Assembly (NCBI GenBank): GCA_023264445.1
Contig: JAHFMN010000002.1
Coordinates: 142,720-206,719, forward strand
Reading direction: 5' to 3'
Source of the DNA: Candidatus Kaiserbacteria bacterium
GTDB lineage: Bacteria; Patescibacteriota; Minisyncoccia; Phycocordibacterales; Phycocordibacteraceae
Length of the DNA: 64,000 nt
Part shown: piece after piece, positions 1 to 8,014 of the stretch
How positions within the stretch are numbered: the first letter of the stretch is position 1
Layout of the letters: every line of letters starts with the position of its first letter
Made by a program: the position numbers and the translations under genes
Notes under the pieces: generated by a model
Database searches by the model: none
What the model was told of the DNA's origin: nothing
Seen by the model: the letters and a program-made list of their open reading frames with translations, nothing else

Positions 1-106
1 AGCCGCTCGACTTGGCATTGAAATGGTTCTGGCCCTTTACGCGCACCATCAGCTTCCCATTGCGGGTCACGCGGATTCTTTTTGTATACGATTTGTTAGT
101 TTTCAT
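1..106 (-). CDS. rpmI: 50S ribosomal protein L35 (5' part; gene runs off window start)
   Basis: Reverse-complement of 1-106 reads ATG AAA ACT... = MKTNKSYTKRIRVTRNGKLMVRVKGQNHFNAKSSG, a K/R-rich L35-like N-terminus. It lies immediately downstream of infC on the same strand, the canonical infC-rpmI-rplT order. Confidence 0.7.
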   Translation of the reverse strand, partial: MKTNKSYTKRIRVTRNGKLMVRVKGQNHFNAKSSG

Positions 107-701
107 TTTTCGGTTTTGATTCTTTCTCGCGTTTTGCTTGGGCGACGAGGTCCCTCTCGATGACGCCGGCGAATCCTTTTGGGCTGCGCGTGACCGGCTC
201 GGCTACCTTGTAGGCATAGGGAATGCGCAGAAGGAACCTCTCGAGGCGTTCCTTGAGGAATGCTTCCTCCATACCCTTGTAGCGGCCTTTGAGGAAGAGC
301 TCGGCGCGGACCCGGTGCCCCTCGGCGAGCCACTCGGCCGCCTTCCTGGCCTTCAGTTCCATATCGTGGTCACCGGTGCCGACCTTGATCTGGACCTCCT
401 TGGTTTCAGAGATTTTAACCTTGGCTTTGGCTACCTTTTCCTTCTTGCTACGTTCGTATTCAAATTTACCATAATCCATGATCTTCGCAACGGGCGGCAC
501 CGCGGAGGGCGAAATTTCTATCAGATCCAGCCCGGCCTGCTTCGCCGCCGCGAGAGCGGCGGCAAGGGAGAGGACACCGAGGTTTTCTCCCTGCGCGCCG
601 ATGACGCGCAATTCTTGCGCGCGGATTTCGTTATTTATCTTAAGTCGGTCCGTAGCCACTGGAAGTGTTCTGAATATAGCATGAAAATAGAGGACGCGCA
701 A
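96..701 (-). CDS. infC: translation initiation factor IF-3
   Basis: ORF translation carries an IF-3 N-domain (LINNEIRAQELRVIGAQGENLGVLSLAAALAAAKQAGLDLIEISP) and C-domain (KVKISETKEVQIKVGTGDHDMELKARKAAEWL). The true start may be an internal non-ATG codon, as is typical for infC. Confidence 0.85.
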   Translation of the reverse strand: MRVLYFHAIFRTLPVATDRLKINNEIRAQELRVIGAQGENLGVLSLAAALAAAKQAGLDLIEISPSAVPPVAKIMDYGKFEYERSKKEKVAKAKVKISETKEVQIKVGTGDHDMELKARKAAEWLAEGHRVRAELFLKGRYKGMEEAFLKERLERFLLRIPYAYKVAEPVTRSPKGFAGVIERDLVAQAKREKESKPKNEN

Positions 702-1649
702 TCAATTTGAGATTTGGCTCGGAGTGGAGAGGATGATTTCAGCCTTGCCTTCATAGGAGGAGATTTTGCCGGTGAGCGTTATGGTTTGCCTCTCATAGCG
801 GGAGAGGTCGCCAAACTTTTTTACATCATCGGCGAATATGACGCCGGAGAATGCACAAGCTTTGTATTGCTTACAGAAGTCGAGGAAGACGGTACCGCTC
901 TTCGAAGTATAGGCCTCGACGAGCACTCCGCGCACGGAGGCGTAGTCGCCGATGTGCGCGGGGGCAGCCGTGTAGTCGATGGTACCGACAGAAACATTTG
1001 CGGCCGCTCCCGCGGCCGCGTTGCCTTTGTAGGCATCAAGCAGTTTCTTCAGTATGTTTTCATACGCTTGCCGCAACGCCGGGTCGGTGCCTATTTCCAA
1101 TACCTCGTCATTGATAGTCGTTGCGGATTTGGTCCAATTGTAACTGCCGGTCGCGTATGCCGATTCGGTGACAAGAGTCTTGATGTGCATGATGCCGTTG
1201 CCAGTCGCATGCTTTTCAGCGACCACGGGAATGCCGGCGGCCTGCAGCTTCGCGATTATGGGAGCGCCGTAGCTATTACTACTCTGTTCGGAATCCACGA
1301 TTCCTCTCACCTCGACACCGCGTTTTTTCGCCTCAACGAGAGCATCGGCGATGCTCGGAAGTGTAAACGTATATACCGCGAAGTAGATATAATCTTCTGC
1401 CTCATCAATGAGCGCGATGATTTCCTTGTCGTTCTGTTTCCGATCGAGACTATAGATAACGCGTATCGAGCCGGCTACTGGTGCCGAGACGGTTTGTTCT
1501 GGAACGGCCACGCTCGCAGTCTGTGTTGCCACATTTTCGTTGCCAAGCGCGTACCCCGCGCTGCCTGCCGCAAGCGAGAGTACCGCCGCAAGCGCTGCAC
1601 GAATTATCTTCTGATTCATCCCGTTAGAAATAGGACGCGGACGTGTCAT
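702..1649 (-). CDS. secreted phospholipase D-like (HKD motif) nuclease family protein
   Basis: Signal-peptide-like MNQKIIRAALAAVLSLAAGSAGYA (alternative start near 1619). HKD-type motif HIKTLV...GSYNWT is typical of PLD/Nuc-family endonucleases. Confidence 0.55.
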   Translation of the reverse strand: MTRPRPISNGMNQKIIRAALAAVLSLAAGSAGYALGNENVATQTASVAVPEQTVSAPVAGSIRVIYSLDRKQNDKEIIALIDEAEDYIYFAVYTFTLPSIADALVEAKKRGVEVRGIVDSEQSSNSYGAPIIAKLQAAGIPVVAEKHATGNGIMHIKTLVTESAYATGSYNWTKSATTINDEVLEIGTDPALRQAYENILKKLLDAYKGNAAAGAAANVSVGTIDYTAAPAHIGDYASVRGVLVEAYTSKSGTVFLDFCKQYKACAFSGVIFADDVKKFGDLSRYERQTITLTGKISSYEGKAEIILSTPSQISN

Positions 1650-1771
1650 TGGCTACCTCCGTGCCTACTTGATTAAGATTAATAAAGCCGACATCCCGAA
1701 GTTGTTTGATTTCATGTCCGCGATTTCTAATGGGATTCATGCAGGGAGTATAGCGTGATACGCTAGCTGAA

Positions 1772-2752
1772 ATGGAGCTATTTCCGAATAAAGTAGAACG
1801 TGAAAGAGATCTCCTCTGGTTTTTCAATCTGGCTCTGTTGCTTCGAGGAATCGGCGGGGCGTTCGAGGTACTCGTCGCTCTTCTGGTGCTTTTTATCCCG
1901 CCGTCGCTCGTGCTGACGATGGCCGAGTTCGTAACTGGCGGTGAGCTCTCGCAGGATCCAAGCGATCCTATCGCGAATGTCTTGGTGAGTGCCGCACATT
2001 CCTTTGCTATCCACTCGCACTACCTGCTTGCACTCTATGTCGCAGTGCACGGGACGATAAAGATTCTGCTCGTGGTGGGTATTTTCGCGGGGAAACGCAT
2101 TGCCTACCCGCTCTTTATGATCGCTATCGCATTCTTCGGCACCTATGAAGCGTATCTGGGCTTCGCGCGACAGCATACGCTCCTGCAGGTGCTTGCAGTC
2201 TTCGATGTCGTTCTCTTCTTCCTCACCATGCATGAATATCGACAGCGCTATCCGCGTCGTGTAGAAAACGAGGCAGGGAAAAAAGAAAAGGCGACATTCG
2301 CGGCCGGCTGTTTCTGGGGCGTTGAAGCATCCTTTCGTACCATGCCGGGCGTACTTGATGCGGTTTCCGGCTACGCTGGTGGGCATGTAGCGCATCCGAG
2401 CTACGAACAGGTATCAAGCGGCACGTCCGGTCATGCAGAGACTGTGGAAATGACATACGACCCGGATACGGTCTCGTACGAAACGCTCGTCAAAAATTTT
2501 TTTCAACTCCACGATCCGACGCAAATGAACCGTCAGGGACCGGACGTGGGGGAGCAGTACCGCTCGGTTATTTTCTATCATTCGCCTGAACAGAAAGAGA
2601 CGGCAGAGAGAGTGAAAAAGGAGCTCGCGCCGCAGTATCTGCCGAAGACTATCGCAACTTCAATAGAGCCGGCCAAGGAGTTCTGGAGGGCCGAAGAATA
2701 TCACCAGCGCTACGCCGAGAAGCATCCCGGCCGCGTCGTCTGTCATATTTAA
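1772..2752 (+). CDS. msrA: peptide methionine sulfoxide reductase MsrA fused to an N-terminal ~170-aa multi-TM domain
   Basis: The C-terminal half contains the MsrA active site GCFWGVE and HDPTQ...GEQYRSVIF. The N-terminal half is hydrophobic with about four predicted TM helices. Confidence 0.8.
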   Translation: MELFPNKVERERDLLWFFNLALLLRGIGGAFEVLVALLVLFIPPSLVLTMAEFVTGGELSQDPSDPIANVLVSAAHSFAIHSHYLLALYVAVHGTIKILLVVGIFAGKRIAYPLFMIAIAFFGTYEAYLGFARQHTLLQVLAVFDVVLFFLTMHEYRQRYPRRVENEAGKKEKATFAAGCFWGVEASFRTMPGVLDAVSGYAGGHVAHPSYEQVSSGTSGHAETVEMTYDPDTVSYETLVKNFFQLHDPTQMNRQGPDVGEQYRSVIFYHSPEQKETAERVKKELAPQYLPKTIATSIEPAKEFWRAEEYHQRYAEKHPGRVVCHI

Positions 2753-3114
2753 ATACTCCTCTCTTTTTCAAAATCCAGGCAGACAGAATTGATGCAGTAG
2801 CGCTTACCGCCCTTTTCCGCGGGGCCGTCATCGAAGACGTGTCCGAGATGACTCCCGCAATTCTTGCAGAAGACCTCGGTGCGCATGCCGTCCGCGTCCG
2901 TGCGGGTGCCGACATGCTCTGCGACCGCTGGGTCGGTGAATGATGGCCAACCGGTGCCCGAATCAAACTTCGTATCCGAAGTGAAAAGCATATTCCCGCA
3001 CTGCTTACAGCGGTACACGCCCGGCTCATGGTTATCGACGTACTTACCCGAGAAGGGAGGTTCCGTCCCGCCCTCGTGCATCACATGCCGCTCCTCTGGA
3101 GTCAGCTCCTTCAT
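2749..3114 (-). CDS. msrB: peptide methionine sulfoxide reductase MsrB (SelR)
   Basis: SelR domain with CxxC...CxxC zinc motif (CKQCGNMLF ... CKNCGSHLGHVF). It is convergent with msrA and overlaps it by 4 nt. Confidence 0.85.
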   Translation of the reverse strand: MKELTPEERHVMHEGGTEPPFSGKYVDNHEPGVYRCKQCGNMLFTSDTKFDSGTGWPSFTDPAVAEHVGTRTDADGMRTEVFCKNCGSHLGHVFDDGPAEKGGKRYCINSVCLDFEKERSI

Positions 3115-3153
3115 GGTTCCAGCATAGCATTGCGCGGAATCGGGAGAGCCCGT

Positions 3154-3648
3154 ATGCTAGGCAGTATGAAACGCATCGGGGTCGTCATTATCCTCCTCCT
3201 CGCTTTTTTTGGGTTGGCAGATTCTGCCTACCTCACCCAGCATGCACTCTCCGGCACACCGCTCCTCTGTGATATCCAGAATCTCACTGGATGCAATATC
3301 GTCGCTGCGAGCGAATATTCGCGCATCTTCGGCATACCGCTGGCAGAGTTCGGCGTCCTCTTCTACTGCATCATTTTCGTTCTTGCAGCACTTGAGATTA
3401 TTATTTTTGATCAGCTTCTCCGTCGCGTCCTCCAAGCTATTTCGCTCGTGGGAGTCATCGCTTCGCTCTATTTTACGCTCGTCCAAGTGTTTGTCATCGG
3501 GGCATTCTGTATCTACTGCCTCGCTTCTGCCTTGATTGCGCTCCTTATCCTTATCCTTGCGAGTTTCATTGAGCCTATCCGACGGCGCCCTCGCCCTATG
3601 CCCGAGCCGCCTCCGACACCGCCGCCTTTCTCGATACCGTCGGTCTAG
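3154..3648 (+). CDS. vitamin K epoxide reductase (VKOR) family membrane protein
   Basis: Multi-TM protein with a conserved Cys pair in the first loop (LLCDIQNLTGC) and a CIYC redox motif in a TM helix. Start chosen at ATG 3154 to avoid overlap with msrB; the Pro-rich C-tail is unusual. Confidence 0.55.
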   Translation: MLGSMKRIGVVIILLLAFFGLADSAYLTQHALSGTPLLCDIQNLTGCNIVAASEYSRIFGIPLAEFGVLFYCIIFVLAALEIIIFDQLLRRVLQAISLVGVIASLYFTLVQVFVIGAFCIYCLASALIALLILILASFIEPIRRRPRPMPEPPPTPPPFSIPSV

Positions 3649-3655
3649 CACTCCT

Positions 3656-4822
3656 ATGCAACGCACCTTTCTCACCCTCCTCGTCATACTTCTCATACCG
3701 GCGAGCGTGTATGCTGCCCGCAATCCTTCTTCTTTTTCTTTCGGGCGGGCGCTTGTCGCCGCAAGTACGTCGCCCGGAAATGCGTATCTTGCAGGCGTTT
3801 CAGTTGTCAGCACTGCTGCAGTAGGGGGAGACCTCTCGGCAGTTGGCGGCTCGGTTGTCTCTGCAGCACAAGTTGCCGGCGATGCGCTCCTTCTTGCGGG
3901 CTCGGTCAGTCTTCGCGGACCGGTTACCGGTGACGTGCGCTCCGTCGGCGGAAGCATCGCAATCGAGAGTCCAGTCACGGGTGATCTTACGGCACTAGGG
4001 TTCTCCGTGCATGATGCCGGGCACACCACCGGAAGTGTCTTTATCGTTGCGGCGGACGCGGTTCTTTCAAACGGCGCATCGGGCTCCGTCACCATCTATG
4101 GCAATAATGTCGCGCTTGCGGGCGACTTCGCAGGGAATGTGGATGTCATAGCAACTGGCCACCTGACGCTTTCGGCGAGCACTACCATTCGCGGCGCACT
4201 TTCCTATGAAGCGCCGGAGCCAGCTCTCATCCCTGCGTCCGTAGCGATACTCGGCGGCGTTCACTACACGAATGCTTCGTATCTGCCCGATGCCGGCACG
4301 TCGCGCATTCTTGCGCTCGTGAGCATCGGATTCTTCCTTTTCACGCGTATACTCGGCGCGCTCATTCTCGCCGGCCTTCTCGCCGGCCTCTTCCCAAAAA
4401 TCGCGGAGGCGATTGCCGAGCGGGCATATGCGAGCCGCCCGCGCGACGTCCTGCTTTTGATGATTCTGGGCTTCGGCATATTAGTCGCTACTCCAGTTCT
4501 CATCGTCCTGCTTGCGCTCACGCTCGTCGGCATCGGACTCGCCCTCCTGCTCCTTATCCTGTATGCGCTCCTTGTCCTGCTCGCCTTCCTCTACGCGGGT
4601 ATCTTTCTCGGGAGCATGTTTGCGCGGCGGTTTTTGAAGCGCGAGACGGTGTTCTGGCATGATGGCGTTCTCGGCATGCTCGCGCTCTCGATTATTGCGC
4701 TTCTGCCGGTCGTAGGGCTTTTCGCGGCAATTCTTCTGACGCTATTTTCGGCAGGCGCGCTCCTCCAGATGTTTTTCCGGGCCGCTTTTCCGCACGAAGA
4801 GCAGACGTCAGAAATGCTATAG
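3656..4822 (+). CDS. hypothetical membrane protein with N-terminal signal peptide, bactofilin-like GD-x-x-x-x-G beta-helical repeats and a C-terminal polytopic membrane domain
   Basis: Signal peptide MQRTFLTLLVILLIPASVYA. Repeated GDLSAVGGSVV / GDALLLAGSVSL / GDVRSVGGSIAI / GDLTALGFSV units, followed by about six hydrophobic helices. Confidence 0.4.
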   Translation: MQRTFLTLLVILLIPASVYAARNPSSFSFGRALVAASTSPGNAYLAGVSVVSTAAVGGDLSAVGGSVVSAAQVAGDALLLAGSVSLRGPVTGDVRSVGGSIAIESPVTGDLTALGFSVHDAGHTTGSVFIVAADAVLSNGASGSVTIYGNNVALAGDFAGNVDVIATGHLTLSASTTIRGALSYEAPEPALIPASVAILGGVHYTNASYLPDAGTSRILALVSIGFFLFTRILGALILAGLLAGLFPKIAEAIAERAYASRPRDVLLLMILGFGILVATPVLIVLLALTLVGIGLALLLLILYALLVLLAFLYAGIFLGSMFARRFLKRETVFWHDGVLGMLALSIIALLPVVGLFAAILLTLFSAGALLQMFFRAAFPHEEQTSEML

Positions 4823-5304
4823 TGCGCACGATGAAGATGCCGAAGACAGGTTCGAAGGCCCCCGACTTCACTCTTTCTGATCAGGACGGGAAAGAACACC
4901 TCCTTTCCGACTATGCGGGGAAGTGGGTACTCCTCTATTTCTACCCGAAGGATGACACGCCAGGCTGTACCATTGAGGCCTGCACCATTCGGGATCAGTT
5001 CAAAGATTTTAAAAAGATTGGAGCAGTAGTGCTCGGGGTCTCAGCCGACAGCGCTGCAAGCCATAAGAAATTTGCGACTAAGTTTGAGCTCCCGTTTATC
5101 CTCCTCGCTGACGTCAATAAAGAAGTGGTGGGGAAGTATGGCGTTTTTGGCGAGAAGAAATTCATGGGCCGTACCTACATGGGCATCATGCGTACGTCAT
5201 TCCTCATAGATCCGAAAGGGAAGATTGCAAAGGTGTATGAAAAAGTGAAGCCGGAACTCCACGCGACAGAAGTGATCGCAGATCTCAAAGCGTTCGGTGC
5301 ATGA
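4822..5304 (+). CDS. bcp: thiol peroxidase / peroxiredoxin Bcp
   Basis: Peroxiredoxin motif FYPKDDTPGCTIEAC with peroxidatic and resolving Cys; typical Bcp length. Confidence 0.8.
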   Translation: MRTMKMPKTGSKAPDFTLSDQDGKEHLLSDYAGKWVLLYFYPKDDTPGCTIEACTIRDQFKDFKKIGAVVLGVSADSAASHKKFATKFELPFILLADVNKEVVGKYGVFGEKKFMGRTYMGIMRTSFLIDPKGKIAKVYEKVKPELHATEVIADLKAFGA

Positions 5305-5975
5305 CTCCCACGAAACAAAAAGAGCGCAAAGCGCGCATAAAGAAGATACTCGCATACCTGAAGAAGACCTATCCTGCGCCCAAGAGTGAACTCATCGCCG
5401 AGAGTCCGATGCAGTTCGTTGCTTCGGTTATCCTTTCGGCACAGTGTACGGACAAAACAGTGAACAGGATAACGGCAGTGCTCTGGAAGAAATACAAGAC
5501 TGCAAAAGATTTTGCGCGTGCGAATCCAGCAACCTTTACCAAAGAGATTTCCTCGGTTACCTTTTTTAGAAATAAAGCGAAGGCCATCATTGCGGCGGCC
5601 AAAGCGATTGAGAAACACCACAAGGGAAAGGTCCCGCAGACTGAAAAAGAACTCACTGCTCTCCCCGGTATCGGCTATAAGACGGCACACGTCATCCTCG
5701 GCGAGCTTCATGGCGTATGGGAAGGGATTGCGACCGATACGCACGTGAAGCGCTTCGCAAAACGCTTTGACCTTACCGACAATGACGACCTCACGAAGAT
5801 TTCGAAAGACTTGGAGACGCTCATCCCGAAAAAGGACTGGAAATACGTGAATAACGGCCTTGTCCTCTACGGGCGCTACGTTTGCCCGGCCCGGCCGCAT
5901 GAGTGCAAAGCGCATCCTTTAACCAAGCTTTGGGCCCCCGCCGCGCTTCGATGGCCGAAAACGAAGCAATCATGA
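5301..5975 (+). CDS. nth: endonuclease III-like HhH-GPD DNA glycosylase with a degenerate Fe-S loop
   Basis: HhH-GPD motif LTALPGIGYKTAHVILGE ... D. The C-terminus has only CPARPHEC (two of the usual four cluster cysteines). Confidence 0.7.
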   Translation: MTPTKQKERKARIKKILAYLKKTYPAPKSELIAESPMQFVASVILSAQCTDKTVNRITAVLWKKYKTAKDFARANPATFTKEISSVTFFRNKAKAIIAAAKAIEKHHKGKVPQTEKELTALPGIGYKTAHVILGELHGVWEGIATDTHVKRFAKRFDLTDNDDLTKISKDLETLIPKKDWKYVNNGLVLYGRYVCPARPHECKAHPLTKLWAPAALRWPKTKQS

Positions 5976-6778
5976 TAAAGACCACGATACCTTCTTTCCG
6001 AAAAATTGTATGGGCGCACTTTAAGAAGTATGGGCGGCATGATCTGCCGTGGCGGAAGACACACGACCCATACAAGATTCTCGTTTCGGAAGTGATGCTG
6101 CAGCAGACGCAGGTAGAGCGGGTGATACCGTTTTATAAAAATTTCTTGAAGAGATTCCCGACAGCCAAGAAGCTTGCACAAGCTCCGCTCTCTGCAGTGC
6201 TCAAAAGCTGGCAGGGGCTCGGTTACAATCGCCGGGCGAAGATGCTGCAGGCGGCTGCAAAAGAACTCGCAGTAAAAAGGATAAAGACTGTCTCGGAATG
6301 GGAAATGCTACCGGGCGTCGGGTCCTACACGGCTCGCGCGGTCGCAGCGTTCTCTTCCAATACGAATGCCGTCTTTATAGAAACGAATATCCGCACCGTC
6401 ATCATCCATCATTTTTTTCCGAAGAAGAAAAAGGTTTCCGATGCGGCGATTGAGAAGATTCTTGCGCGCGCGCTGCCAAAAGGAAAATCACGCGCTTGGT
6501 ACAGCGCGCTCATGGACTATGGCGCCTCCCTCAAGCGTTCCGGTATCTCGCATAATGCACGGAGTAAGACGCACGCAAAGCAGTCAAAGTTTTCCGGTTC
6601 GCTCCGCGAGGCGCGCGGCGCCATCCTACGCAAACTCTCTCTCGGATCCGCGCCGCCGGACAAGCTCGCACACCTGCTCGGCGAGGCGCGCCGCGCGCAA
6701 ATGCGCACTGCGCTCCGGGCGCTCTGGACAGAAGGACTCATCAAAAAGACGGAAAGGGGATACACGCTCGCGGACTAA
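5972..6778 (+). CDS. HhH-GPD family DNA glycosylase (MutY/EndoIII-like, no Fe-S cysteines)
   Basis: Start ATG overlaps the nth stop (ATGA). Contains LPWRKTHDPYKILVSEVMLQQTQV and MLPGVGSYTARAV helix-hairpin-helix. No Cys at all; basic C-terminal extension. Confidence 0.6.
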   Translation: MIKTTIPSFRKIVWAHFKKYGRHDLPWRKTHDPYKILVSEVMLQQTQVERVIPFYKNFLKRFPTAKKLAQAPLSAVLKSWQGLGYNRRAKMLQAAAKELAVKRIKTVSEWEMLPGVGSYTARAVAAFSSNTNAVFIETNIRTVIIHHFFPKKKKVSDAAIEKILARALPKGKSRAWYSALMDYGASLKRSGISHNARSKTHAKQSKFSGSLREARGAILRKLSLGSAPPDKLAHLLGEARRAQMRTALRALWTEGLIKKTERGYTLAD

Positions 6779-6788
6779 ATACCCGGAA

Positions 6789-7943
6789 CTATCGGAAATC
6801 TTTTATCAGTAAGGTCGTGATGCTGCCGGCAATCGCGATAAAACCGCCGATAAGTACGAAGAAGAGCTGCTGACTGCCAAAGAGGAGAATGCCGCTCGCG
6901 ATGATAGGCGCGACGAGATTTGCGACAGGCCAGATACCTCGGAACACGCTTATCGAATTGACGTCTTTTTCGCTTACCCGACGGAAGAAATGTCCCTCAG
7001 TCATACTCTCAATGAGAGCAGCACCGATACGCGAAACAACGAGGACGGCGAGGATGACCAGAAGCGGCGTGCTTGGGGTGAAAAGACTTATGGAGCCAAT
7101 TGATACTCCTGCGAGTAGGAAGCCGATAAAGAGCATTTCTTTGTCGCCGACCACCTTGTCGGCCAACACCCCTGCGGGGTATTCAATAATCACGTAGGGT
7201 ATCAGCATGATAGCGAATATCCAGCCCAGATCCGTCCACGAAATGCCAATGATTTCATGAAGGTAGAGCGGGGTGTAAAACGGCGCCCACACGAAAAAGA
7301 GATAGAGTAAGAAATGCGCAAACGTGATGGCCGAAAGGTCGCGGTCACGCGCCATACACCGCGCCGTGTCTTCTATGTGTGAGAGGAGTGGCGGTTGTCC
7401 CTGAGGCAGTTTCCGTACGGCAAGCAGTGTGATGAGCGGCAGTGTGGCGATAGCCGCCGCAAGGAAAACAAAATTGTACGCGTCTTTGGATGCAAGAAGC
7501 GCCCCGGTAAGAAGGGGGGCGGCGAGTGCCGCAACGTTCCACGCAGTGAGGAATACGGTTCGTACGCGCGCCGTCGTACCTTCTTCGGCAACGGTTGCTT
7601 CCAGGAGAAGATCAAGCTCGTACGCAAGGAAAGGTCCAAGCGCGATGGCGATTGCCGCAAAGACGGATGCGGTGATTACTCCCGGTAGTGCCGCAAGCGC
7701 AAGGAGAGAGAACAGTTGAAGTATCGAGATGAAAATCGCAAGCTGTTGCGCGCCAAAACGTGCGACAATACGAGGAAGAAATGGGAAGATCACACACGAA
7801 ACGAGAGCACCCGCGGCGATAACGAGTCCAGCAGATACCTCCGACATAAAGGAGGAGAGATACGGGATGATGATGTATGAAAGTGCCGTCGAGAAAAGAG
7901 CAAAGAAGAAATTACCGACGGATAGAACGACTCGCGGACGCAT
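6789..7943 (-). CDS. MFS transporter
   Basis: About 12 predicted TM helices with the characteristic two-fold repeat architecture. Start chosen at internal Met (MRPRVV). Confidence 0.65.
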   Translation of the reverse strand: MRPRVVLSVGNFFFALFSTALSYIIIPYLSSFMSEVSAGLVIAAGALVSCVIFPFLPRIVARFGAQQLAIFISILQLFSLLALAALPGVITASVFAAIAIALGPFLAYELDLLLEATVAEEGTTARVRTVFLTAWNVAALAAPLLTGALLASKDAYNFVFLAAAIATLPLITLLAVRKLPQGQPPLLSHIEDTARCMARDRDLSAITFAHFLLYLFFVWAPFYTPLYLHEIIGISWTDLGWIFAIMLIPYVIIEYPAGVLADKVVGDKEMLFIGFLLAGVSIGSISLFTPSTPLLVILAVLVVSRIGAALIESMTEGHFFRRVSEKDVNSISVFRGIWPVANLVAPIIASGILLFGSQQLFFVLIGGFIAIAGSITTLLIKDFR

Positions 7944-7965
7944 AGTCTCTCGAGCATAGCATATG

Positions 7966-8005
7966 AAAAATGTGCGGCTCGCCAAAGGCGAGCCGCACGT
8001 TTTTC
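7966..8005 (-). terminator. rho-independent terminator downstream of rnj
   Basis: Perfect hairpin tgtgcggctcgcc-aaag-ggcgagccgcaca followed by a T-run on the minus strand. Confidence 0.6.
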
Positions 8006-8014
8006 ATGCGTCTT

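Noticed and set aside
714-1676. 320-aa + strand ORF antisense to the PLD-like gene, and other internal ORFs at 851..1114 and 821..1039
   Set aside because: The minus-strand frame gives a coherent HKD-nuclease protein with a signal peptide. The + frame translation is Arg/Cys-rich nonsense.
5973-5975. Possibility of UGA reassignment (alternative genetic code, as in some CPR lineages)
   Set aside because: TGA terminates several well-supported genes at their expected ends (nth, msrA/msrB region, others). An RF2 gene with SPF and GGQ motifs is present, so the standard code 11 applies.
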